From positions 11,630 through 75,629 of the forward strand of contig CACOIH010000002.1 in NCBI GenBank assembly GCA_902627245.1: a DNA stretch of 64,000 nt, in the 5' to 3' direction. The position numbers and the translations under genes are program-made. The notes under the pieces were generated by a model. The model was not told where the DNA came from. It did not search any database and saw only the letters and a program-made list of their open reading frames with translations. This DNA comes from an uncultured Alphaproteobacteria bacterium. Lineage in GTDB: Bacteria; Pseudomonadota; Alphaproteobacteria; HIMB59; GCA-002718135. Position 1 is the first letter of the stretch. Every line of letters begins with the position of its first letter. This document shows, piece by piece, positions 10,671-18,333 of the stretch.

Positions 10671-11309
10671 ATGATTAATAAAATTAATAAATTTTTTTGT
10701 TGCTGTTGTTTAATTTTTTTTATTTTTCCCTTAAATTTAGAGAGCCAGGATACATCAAAATGTATTGAAAACCAGACTAATGGACTTTGCAAAACATTAA
10801 GTTGTTACAATGAGTATAAAATGATGGAACTTACAAATGGCAAATGCAAAACATTAAGTTGTTACAATGAGTATAAAATGATGGAACTTACGAATGGTCA
10901 ATGCAAAACACTTGAATGTTATAATAATTTAAAAATTAAAGAACATACAGATGGAAGATGTGAAACCTCTAAATGTTATCTAAAAGAATTAGAAGATGAT
11001 ACAAAAAAAATGATAATTACAAAAACACAAGGAGTTTGTAATAGTGAAGATTTTTCTGAATTAGTTATTTGTTATTGTTCAATATTTCCTTGTTCTTCTT
11101 CCAGATCTTATGAATATCAAGTTGAAGGTTATAGTTATGATCATGGTTACGTTAGAGGTGAAATTACAGCTGACTCTAATGGAGATGTTGAAGGATCAAT
11201 TTATTTAGATGATGGAGAAGAAATAGATTTTCAAGGTGAATTTGTTGGAAAAGGTGAAATTGAAGGTTATGATGCTGATGGAAGTTATTATGAACTTGAA
11301 GTTGATTAA
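10671..11309 (+). CDS. Hypothetical secreted Cys-rich repeat protein with acidic Gly-rich C-terminal domain (islet cargo)
   Basis: 212 aa. Hydrophobic N-terminus, four 19-aa CxxxxCY modules, and C-terminal G-x-V/I-x-G beta-hairpin-like repeats. Confidence 0.6.
   Translation: MINKINKFFCCCCLIFFIFPLNLESQDTSKCIENQTNGLCKTLSCYNEYKMMELTNGKCKTLSCYNEYKMMELTNGQCKTLECYNNLKIKEHTDGRCETSKCYLKELEDDTKKMIITKTQGVCNSEDFSELVICYCSIFPCSSSRSYEYQVEGYSYDHGYVRGEITADSNGDVEGSIYLDDGEEIDFQGEFVGKGEIEGYDADGSYYELEVD
10788..11015 (+). repeat. Four tandem 57-nt coding repeats (19-aa module CKTLSCYNEYKMMELTNGK)
   Basis: TGC/TGT module starts at 10788, 10845, 10902 and 10959, an exact 57-nt period. Units 1 and 2 are nearly identical; units 3 and 4 have diverged. 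Confidence 0.85.
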
Positions 11310-11366
11310 TTTTAAAATTTTATTCTTTAAAAAAAAATTTAGTAATATATAGCATTTCAAACATAC

Positions 11367-11456
11367 GGAGAGATGGCTGAGCGGTTGAAAGCACCGGTCT
11401 TGAAAACCGGCAACGGGGCAACTCGTTCGTGAGTTCGAATCTCACTCTCTCCGCCA
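11367..11456 (+). tRNA. tRNA-Ser (anticodon UGA), type II with long variable arm, CCA encoded
   Basis: Acceptor stem GGAGAGA/TCTCTCC. Anticodon stem CCGGT/ACCGG with loop CTTGAAA. T-arm GAGTTCGAATCTC. Discriminator G followed by CCA. 90 nt. Confidence 0.95.
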
Positions 11457-11509
11457 TTTTTAAGCATAATTTTAATAACTTTAAATAAATTTTGTGGTAA
11501 AATTTATTT

Positions 11510-11764
11510 ATGGTTAAGATTTTAAAATTTCCTAATAGAAATTCACCTGCCTCTAAAGAAAAAATGGAGGAACTACTCATAGCTAATGAAGAGTTTAATA
11601 AAAAAGAAGATGAATTTGATAAAGCTTTATTTGATTTATTTAAAAAATATAAAAAAATAAGTAAGTATTTAAAATCAACAAAAAAAGAGAATAATGAACT
11701 TTTAAGAGGTTTGAGAAATAGTTTTAAATCTAAATTAGAGGATATAAAAAAGATATTAGAGTAA
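11510..11764 (+). CDS. Hypothetical small Lys/Glu-rich (coiled-coil-like) protein (islet cargo)
   Basis: 84-aa ORF starting 54 nt after the tRNA. I recognise no family. Confidence 0.4.
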   Translation: MVKILKFPNRNSPASKEKMEELLIANEEFNKKEDEFDKALFDLFKKYKKISKYLKSTKKENNELLRGLRNSFKSKLEDIKKILE

Positions 11765-11803
11765 TGAAAATTTTTTTTGATGATTCTTTATCTAAGAACA
11801 ATA

Positions 11804-12112
11804 TTAATTTTTTTCAATAAAAATTGTATAGAAAAAAATACAAATAATTACCCAACAAACAAGACTAATTAACCCAAACAATATGTTATCAAAGGTACGA
11901 GCTTCCTCTGACAATAAAGTTAAAAATGTGAAAAAATAATAGTAAAATAAATTAAAATCATACAATTCTATAATCCATTTAGTAGTTTTATTAAAATCAA
12001 GATTATTTTTAATAAATATAAAAAGAAAAAGAATTATGAAATAGGAAAGCCATACTTGAAAAAAAATAAATATGAAAAATAAAATTTTATCAATTAAATT
12101 TTCTCTTTGCAT
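11804..12112 (-). CDS. Hypothetical multi-TM membrane protein (islet cargo)
   Basis: 102 aa and very hydrophobic. Lies 3 nt downstream of the previous minus-strand ORF. Confidence 0.45.
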   Translation of the reverse strand: MQRENLIDKILFFIFIFFQVWLSYFIILFLFIFIKNNLDFNKTTKWIIELYDFNLFYYYFFTFLTLLSEEARTFDNILFGLISLVCWVIICIFFYTIFIEKN

Positions 12113-12115
12113 TGA

Positions 12116-12712
12116 TTAATATTTTAATTGACCAGTTAAATAGAAATGGAAATAGTATTCAAGTATTTTCCAGAGTATTTTATCATTATCTTTAAAATAA
12201 TTACCCCACTCAACATACTTATCATGCTCATCTAATTTTATGATTTTTTCTAAGTATCCTTCATTAAAATAATAAACATAATCTCCAGAAGTATCTTCAC
12301 AACGATCATTAATAAAACCATATCCATCAGGAAATCCATTTTTGAAATTACAAATAAATTCATAGTGATCTTGAGCACCCTCTTCTAAACCACCAAGTTC
12401 AATATATGCTGGACCTTCTAGTTTGCCATTAATATATTGACCCTTTTCATACGTTCTAGTCTTATAATGAAATCTAAGAAGTGCCTCTTCACCTTTTAAA
12501 GAGTTAAGTAAATCTAAATCATAGGGATCTCTATTCTCTAAGATTTTCGGTAACTTAAATTTGTCTTTAATACCAATTTCTCTTAGAGTGTGTGGAATAC
12601 CGTTTTTCGTTTTACCTTTGTAGGTATATTCTAGTGGAGCACTATTTTTATCTGAAAGAATTTTATTAATCTCCTTCATTTCTTGTTTTTTCCAATTTTT
12701 CCAATTCATCAA
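12116..12712 (-). CDS. Hypothetical protein with MORN-like Gly-rich repeats (islet cargo)
   Basis: 198 aa. Segments such as YEKGQYINGKLEGPAYIE and NFKNGFPDGYGFIN resemble MORN-type repeats. The assignment is weak. Confidence 0.5.
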   Translation of the reverse strand: MMNWKNWKKQEMKEINKILSDKNSAPLEYTYKGKTKNGIPHTLREIGIKDKFKLPKILENRDPYDLDLLNSLKGEEALLRFHYKTRTYEKGQYINGKLEGPAYIELGGLEEGAQDHYEFICNFKNGFPDGYGFINDRCEDTSGDYVYYFNEGYLEKIIKLDEHDKYVEWGNYFKDNDKILWKILEYYFHFYLTGQLKY

Positions 12713-12798
12713 TTAAAGATTAATATAATTAAATAAAAATAATTACACACATTTTACACACTGATCTAATTAATGGCTAAAATACAAGAAAAAAAACA

Positions 12799-12872
12799 GT
12801 TGAAAGCACCGGTCTTGAAAACCGGCAACGGGGCAACTCGTTCGTGAGTTCGAATCTCACTCTCTCCGCCAT
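12799..12872 (+). repeat. 3' part of tRNA-Ser(UGA): perfect 74-nt direct repeat of 11384-11457 (att-like)
   Basis: The stretch from gttgaaagcaccgg to ctctccgccat is identical base for base to the intact gene, running from the D-arm to CCA plus 1 nt. Confidence 0.92.
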
Positions 12873-12875
12873 ATT

Positions 12876-13085
12876 TTATCTACTTATTGTTCCCCAGGTG
12901 ACTCTATTCCATCCTCTTTCGTGTAAATAATATAAAACTGTTTTAGTTATTACTTCTAACAATGTAATACTGCCAGCCCATGACAATTTTCCAGTAATAA
13001 TATAACTAATTAAAAAAGTATCTGCGGAAGCTAGTATTCTCCAGCTAATTGCTTTTATAAATGATCTTGTTTTATTTGCTATCAT
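12876..13085 (-). CDS. DUF2061-family small membrane protein
   Basis: 69 aa. SWRILASADTFLISYIITG and YYLHERGWN are typical of DUF2061. Confidence 0.7.
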   Translation of the reverse strand: MIANKTRSFIKAISWRILASADTFLISYIITGKLSWAGSITLLEVITKTVLYYLHERGWNRVTWGTISR

Positions 13086-13235
13086 ATTATTTCCTTTGTT
13101 AATTATTAAATATTTATTTTAATTCTAAAGTAAAATATTAATATTAAAAAATAAATATATCTATTTTATTAAAATGTGTGTGTATTTTTGCTAAAAAATA
13201 TAATATTTTTTATGTTAACAAGAAAGGATAATTAT

Positions 13236-13553
13236 ATGTCAATATTTGTTTCACTTGGTATATATTCTCAAAAAGGAGCTGATGGCATTATCAATGGTTC
13301 ATCAGATAGAAGAGAAGCAATGGAAAAATTAGTTGAAAGTGTTGGAGGAAAATTAATAGATTATCATATTACAAGAGGTCAATATGATTTTGTAATGATT
13401 ACTGAAATTGATTCTTTTGAAGCAATGGCAGCTTGTGCTTTAAAAGCAAAAGCATCAGGTACTTTATCAGAAGCTATAACATTAGAGTCAGTTGATCTTA
13501 ATAAAGTTAGAGAGATGGGAAACAAAGTTGATTTCTCACCGCCAACATCATAA
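13236..13553 (+). CDS. GYD-domain protein
   Basis: The ORF track begins at a GTG (13176). An ATG at 13236 preceded by aaagga is the more plausible start. The GQYDF motif and overall size fit the GYD family. Confidence 0.75.
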   Translation: MSIFVSLGIYSQKGADGIINGSSDRREAMEKLVESVGGKLIDYHITRGQYDFVMITEIDSFEAMAACALKAKASGTLSEAITLESVDLNKVREMGNKVDFSPPTS

Positions 13554-13560
13554 TTTTATT

Positions 13561-13592
13561 AGCACTCTGATTTAAGAGTGCTATTTTTTTTC
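13561..13592. terminator. Intrinsic terminator hairpin between convergent genes (possibly bidirectional)
   Basis: Perfect 8-bp stem agcactct/agagtgct with a 6-nt loop, followed by a T8 run on the plus strand. It lies 8 nt after the GYD stop, and its right arm contains the stop codon of the minus-strand gene. Confidence 0.55.
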
Positions 13593-14675
13593 AAATAACC
13601 ATAACTTATCTTGGGCTAATAAATATATCTTACCGCTCTCTGGATGTATTTTGATATCTCTAATTCTACCAATAATATTTTTAAAAATTATTTCTTCCTG
13701 AATTTTTTTTGAATTTTTAAAATTCAATAAACGTAAGGATTGATCTTTAAGAGAAGTAATGAGAGCAAGACCATTAAACTCTGGAAACTCTTTTCCTTTA
13801 TATATTGCTATTGCACTAACCGCTATTGATGGAACCCAATAATGAATAGCTTTTGTAAAACCTGGCAGCCATTTTGGTCCTATATTTGAATTGTCATAAT
13901 TTGTTCCACCCCAGCCTAATATTTTCCAGCCATAATTTTCACCTTTTTTGACTTCACCAAACCAGTCTCCACCTTTTGCCCCATGATTACTAATATAAAT
14001 TTTATTGTCAAAAGGAGAATATGACATACCCTGAGGATTTCTTATTCCTATTTGAAATATTTCAGGTAACCAATCTAGATTTTCAGTAAAATGAGGATTA
14101 TCATTAGGTGAACTACCGTCTAAATTAATCCTAATTATGCTTCCAGGATGCTTATCGCCTTCTTGTGCTATCATTCCTTTTCCTCTTTCTCCAACTGATG
14201 CGTATAAATAATCATCAAGAATAACTATTCTTGAGCCAAAGTGATAAGGTGATCTAATTGGAGGATAAGCTCTAAAAATATTTTTAAAATCTAAGAAATT
14301 TAAATTGAAATTTGCTTTTGCAATAGATGTTGTTGAGGGACTAAACAATTTATTACCAATCTTTTCAGAGTAGGATATAAAAATCTGATTTTTATAAAAG
14401 TAAATATCTAAGAGGCCACCTTGAGAGTTTTTATCTCTAACAAAATTTAAGTTGTGATCGATACCAATAATTTTATTACTTTGAATATTGAATAGCTTAA
14501 TTTTTCCAGTTTTTTCACTAATTAAAACGTGATTATTATTTATAAAAGTCAAACTCCAAGGAGATGTTAAATTTGATTTTAAAATTTTAAGTTTATATTG
14601 ATTGTCTAAAGATAAAACATTTTTACTAAAAAATAAAATAATAAAAAAATTAAATATGAAAAAAACTTTAATCAT
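13581..14675 (-). CDS. PQQ-dependent soluble sugar (glucose/sorbosone) dehydrogenase, beta-propeller
   Basis: Signal peptide plus the family segments GGLLDI, GIRNPQGMSYSP, HGAKGGDW and ENYGW. Confidence 0.8.
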   Translation of the reverse strand: MIKVFFIFNFFIILFFSKNVLSLDNQYKLKILKSNLTSPWSLTFINNNHVLISEKTGKIKLFNIQSNKIIGIDHNLNFVRDKNSQGGLLDIYFYKNQIFISYSEKIGNKLFSPSTTSIAKANFNLNFLDFKNIFRAYPPIRSPYHFGSRIVILDDYLYASVGERGKGMIAQEGDKHPGSIIRINLDGSSPNDNPHFTENLDWLPEIFQIGIRNPQGMSYSPFDNKIYISNHGAKGGDWFGEVKKGENYGWKILGWGGTNYDNSNIGPKWLPGFTKAIHYWVPSIAVSAIAIYKGKEFPEFNGLALITSLKDQSLRLLNFKNSKKIQEEIIFKNIIGRIRDIKIHPESGKIYLLAQDKLWLFEKK

Positions 14676-17600
14676 TATTTTATTAAATTAATGACTTTTT
14701 TAGATAATTCAAATCTGTCATTAATTAAATTACCCCCAAAATCATAAAAAATTTTTTGATCAGGTCTTAATATTAAAGAATTTTTATTTGATAATGAAAG
14801 TTCTAATAATTTTTCAGGATTCTTTGGTTTGTTTAAAAAGAAACTTACTAATATACCCTTTCTGCTAAATTCAAATTTTTCAATATTGTGCTTTAAACAA
14901 ATTATTTTAATTTCTACTAATTTTAATAGATTAATTAATTGATTAGGCAATTTACCAAATCTATCTATTAATTCTATTTTTATATCTTCAATTTCTTTGT
15001 TATTATTAATGTTAGATATTCTTTTATAAATAGAAAGTCTTAAATCAACATCGTTAATAAAATCTTCAGGTATATATATCTCAACAGGTATTTTAATAAT
15101 CGGTTGAAATGTATCATTTGTTTTAAAATTTGAATTAGATTTACTTTTTTGAAAATTTATCTCTTCTTCAAGCATTTGATGGTATAATTCAGTTCCAATT
15201 TCTTTTATAAAACCACTTTGCTCTTCACCTATTATAGAACCACTCCCTCTAAGATCTAAATCTTGAGATGCTATATTAAAACCTGCTCCGAGATGATCAG
15301 AGGAATTAATTATAGATAATCTTTTTCTTCCATTATCTTTTAATTCGTTTTCTTTATATGTCATGTATGCATATCCACGATAAGAAGATCTACCTACTCT
15401 TCCCTTCAATTGATATAGTGCAGCCAATGAGAAAATATTGGATCTGTATACTATAATTGTATTTACATGAGGTAAATCTAAACCATTTTCAATAATATTA
15501 GTACTAAGCATTAAAGGAACTTCTTGATTATAAAATTTCGATATTCTACTTTCTAATAATTTAGGATTAAGTTGACCGTGGGTGACTACATATTTTATTT
15601 CTGGTAAATTATCATTTAAAAATTGTTCAACAAAAGGTAAGTCTTTTTTTCTCGGAACAACGAAGTATACTCCGTTTTTTCTTCCATATATCTCTCTTTT
15701 AATAGCTTCTGTTATAGTTAAAGGGTCAAAAGGTGAAACGAATGTTCTAACTGCCATTCTCTCAAACGGTGCTGTGAGAATTAAACTTAGATCTCTTATT
15801 CCTGAAAGAGACATACTTAAAGTTCGTGGAATAGGGGTAGCGCTAAGTGAAATACAATGAGCTTTTGGCGCAATTTCTTTAAATTTTTCTTTTTGAATTG
15901 TTCCTAATTTTTGCTCTTCATCATAAACTATTAAACCAAGCTTATTAAATTGTAACTTATCATTCAATAAAGCATGAGTACCGACTAATACATCAATATT
16001 ACCAGCATTGCATTTTTCAAAAATTTCTTTTTTATCTTTTAATGATACTAATCTAGAAACTTCTGCAATGTTAATACCAAAAATAGATAATCTTTTTTTA
16101 AAATTAATGAAATGTTGCCTAGATAAAATTGTAGTTGGAACTAAAACTACAGATTGTAAATTTGACTTTGCAACTAAAAAAATAGCTCTCAAAATTACTT
16201 CTGTTTTACCATATGCAACATCACCTACAATTAATCTGTCAGATGGTATCATTTTAGAAAAATCATTAATAATATCTTGAATAGCATTTAATTGATCATC
16301 AGTTTCAACAAATGGAAAGGTACTTACAAATTTGTCATATTCAGCAATATTTGTTTTAATTTCATAAGATTGAGATTGTAACCTCTTAGAAGCTATAGTA
16401 ATAAGTTTTTTTGCTGCATCTCTAATTTTCTTTTTTGCATCTGCTTTTCTTTTTTGCCAATGTGAAACTCCAAGCTTATCTAAAATGATATTTCCATCTA
16501 TATCATCACTATATTTTGAAACATAACTCAAATTTTCAACTGGTAAAAAAAGTTTCTGATTATCAAAAAATTCTAATTCTAAACATTCATGAATCGAGTC
16601 ATTTAATTCAATTTTTCTTATATCATTAAACTTACAGAGACCATATTCAGAATGAACTAGAATCGAATCAATTGATAACTTATTTAATTCTTCAAAAAAT
16701 ATTGTCTGTTTACGTGGTTTTGAAATTTGTGTATTAAAAAAATAACCAAATAATGATTTTTCGTTAATAAATATATATTGATTAAATTTTAATGACTCCT
16801 CAATATCCAAAATAGTTAATAAAATTTTATCTGAGAAAGTATGATTAAAATTAGTTACGAATTTTAATTTTAAATTTAAATTATTTTCTAATATTTTAGA
16901 TACTCTTTCTAGACTTCCCTTACTTCGACAGCATATATAAATTATATTATCTTTAGAATTAGTTATAAAAAATTGATTTATAAAACTAAAATCTATTTCT
17001 TTTTTAATAGATGATAAGTTATGAATAATATTTACATTAATATTAATATGATTATTTTTATTAAATGTACTGAAGTAATAATGCTTATTGTTGTCTAAAT
17101 ATTTTTTTAAACTTTGTTGATTCAGGTAAAAATATTCAGGTGATAAAAAAAAACTTTCTTTATTGTTTTTTCTTGCCAAATAAAAATCATTGATATTTTC
17201 TAATCTATTTTCAAATATATTTTTAAATTCGTCGTTTAGTAATATTGTATATTCTTTTATATAATCAAATAATGTTTCTAGATTATTATAAAACAATGGC
17301 ATAAATTGCTCACCACCTGATGGAATAATATTTTCAGAAAAAAGATTGTAAACTTGACTATTTCTATATTCTGGAAATATTTCCCTAAATTTTTTTCTAA
17401 ATAGGCTCAAGTTTGTTTCATTAACTATTAGCTCATTAACAATGTTAAACTCTAAATCACAATTTATTTCTTTTAATCTTTTTTGTGTAATAGGGTCAAA
17501 CTCAAAAATAGTCTCTATTTCATCGTCAAAAAAATCTATTCTTATCGGTTTAAGTTTGTCATTTGGAAAAATATCTAAAATTGAACCTCTTACAGAAAAT

Positions 17601-18052
17601 TCTGATTTATCACGCACTAAAGATGTTCTTTGAAATCCTAAAAGCACAAGGTTATTTATTAAATCTTCAAATTTAAACTTTTGTTTTTTAGAAATTTTTA
17701 AAAGTTGTGAATTAATAATTGATTTAGGGATTATTTTTTGTACTATTGAATTAATTGTTGTTAGTATTATTCTTCTTTTATTTGAAGTTGATAATATTTT
17801 AAGAGTTTTTAATCTTTCAATTTGAACTTCTTTTGAAGGAGAAACATTGTCGTATGGTATTTGATCCCAAGATTTAAATAATAATATCTCAATGTCAGGT
17901 AATAACCATTTTATTTTTTGCCCCATAGATGATATTTCTCTTTCATCTTTTCCAATATATAAGATTGATTTATTGGAGCTTTCGTAAAATTTTGAAATAA
18001 AAAAGGGTTCAACTTTATAAATTGAAGGTCCAATAGTATTTTTATTTTTCAT
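14675..18052 (-). CDS. mfd: Transcription-repair coupling factor
   Basis: 1125 aa. SF2 helicase motifs GDVAYGKTEV, DEEQ, SATPIPRTL and QLKGRVGRS, with a UvrB-homology N-terminus. Confidence 0.95.
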   Translation of the reverse strand: MKNKNTIGPSIYKVEPFFISKFYESSNKSILYIGKDEREISSMGQKIKWLLPDIEILLFKSWDQIPYDNVSPSKEVQIERLKTLKILSTSNKRRIILTTINSIVQKIIPKSIINSQLLKISKKQKFKFEDLINNLVLLGFQRTSLVRDKSEFSVRGSILDIFPNDKLKPIRIDFFDDEIETIFEFDPITQKRLKEINCDLEFNIVNELIVNETNLSLFRKKFREIFPEYRNSQVYNLFSENIIPSGGEQFMPLFYNNLETLFDYIKEYTILLNDEFKNIFENRLENINDFYLARKNNKESFFLSPEYFYLNQQSLKKYLDNNKHYYFSTFNKNNHININVNIIHNLSSIKKEIDFSFINQFFITNSKDNIIYICCRSKGSLERVSKILENNLNLKLKFVTNFNHTFSDKILLTILDIEESLKFNQYIFINEKSLFGYFFNTQISKPRKQTIFFEELNKLSIDSILVHSEYGLCKFNDIRKIELNDSIHECLELEFFDNQKLFLPVENLSYVSKYSDDIDGNIILDKLGVSHWQKRKADAKKKIRDAAKKLITIASKRLQSQSYEIKTNIAEYDKFVSTFPFVETDDQLNAIQDIINDFSKMIPSDRLIVGDVAYGKTEVILRAIFLVAKSNLQSVVLVPTTILSRQHFINFKKRLSIFGINIAEVSRLVSLKDKKEIFEKCNAGNIDVLVGTHALLNDKLQFNKLGLIVYDEEQKLGTIQKEKFKEIAPKAHCISLSATPIPRTLSMSLSGIRDLSLILTAPFERMAVRTFVSPFDPLTITEAIKREIYGRKNGVYFVVPRKKDLPFVEQFLNDNLPEIKYVVTHGQLNPKLLESRISKFYNQEVPLMLSTNIIENGLDLPHVNTIIVYRSNIFSLAALYQLKGRVGRSSYRGYAYMTYKENELKDNGRKRLSIINSSDHLGAGFNIASQDLDLRGSGSIIGEEQSGFIKEIGTELYHQMLEEEINFQKSKSNSNFKTNDTFQPIIKIPVEIYIPEDFINDVDLRLSIYKRISNINNNKEIEDIKIELIDRFGKLPNQLINLLKLVEIKIICLKHNIEKFEFSRKGILVSFFLNKPKNPEKLLELSLSNKNSLILRPDQKIFYDFGGNLINDRFELSKKVINLIK

Positions 18053-18290
18053 TTAGTATTTTATTAAAAATTTCATTAAATTCTGACGGAATAGCAACTT
18101 TAAAAGTAAGAAAATCATAAATCTCGTTATCAGAGAATTGATTAAATAATGATTCAATATCTTCAAGATTTTTTTTACTAAATTTATCTATCTGATTTAT
18201 AAAATATCGTTTGTATAATATGTCTGTTTCTTTTGTTCCTGAGTAAGAAAGTCTATATTTTATAGATTTTTTTAGTAAATTGAATGACAT
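18042..18290 (-). CDS. sdhE: Succinate dehydrogenase assembly factor 2 (SdhE/DUF339)-like protein
   Basis: 82 aa. Lies in the conserved alphaproteobacterial position between divergent recG and mfd. The GTKETDILYKRYF segment resembles the SdhE R-G-x-x-E core. Confidence 0.55.
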   Translation of the reverse strand: MSFNLLKKSIKYRLSYSGTKETDILYKRYFINQIDKFSKKNLEDIESLFNQFSDNEIYDFLTFKVAIPSEFNEIFNKILNEK

Positions 18291-18333
18291 AATAATTCAG
18301 TATAGAATATAGTTGATAATTTTATAAAAATCT

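Noticed and set aside
10788-11015. A regular 57-nt repeat array as a possible CRISPR or satellite
   Set aside because: The units are contiguous with no spacers, lie in frame within one ORF, and encode a repeated Cys motif. This is a coding tandem repeat, not a CRISPR array.
11483-11509. Perfect 11-bp inverted repeat aaataaatttt-gtggt-aaaatttattt just downstream of tRNA-Ser
   Set aside because: It consists of A/T pairs only, with no following U-tract, and it ends at the ATG of ORF 11510. Such palindromes are frequent by chance in DNA this AT-rich. I cannot call it a terminator or an arm-type integrase site.
11320-11580. 86-aa minus-strand ORF from the ORF track
   Set aside because: It runs antisense straight through the intact tRNA-Ser (11367-11456). 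Its apparent coding potential comes from the GC-richer tRNA sequence. There is no supporting motif.
8972-12872. Prophage or integrative element call for the tRNA-Ser-flanked region
   Set aside because: I can recognise no integrase, excisionase, terminase, capsid or replication gene. Only the att-like repeats and orphan cargo are supportable, so I report islets rather than a prophage.
13086-13235. Promoter call (TATAAT at 13199-13204) and a (TG)n run at 13175-13184 between divergent DUF2061 and GYD genes
   Set aside because: No acceptable -35 lies at 16-18 nt. TATAAT-like hexamers occur everywhere in this composition. The short TG run is too small to interpret.
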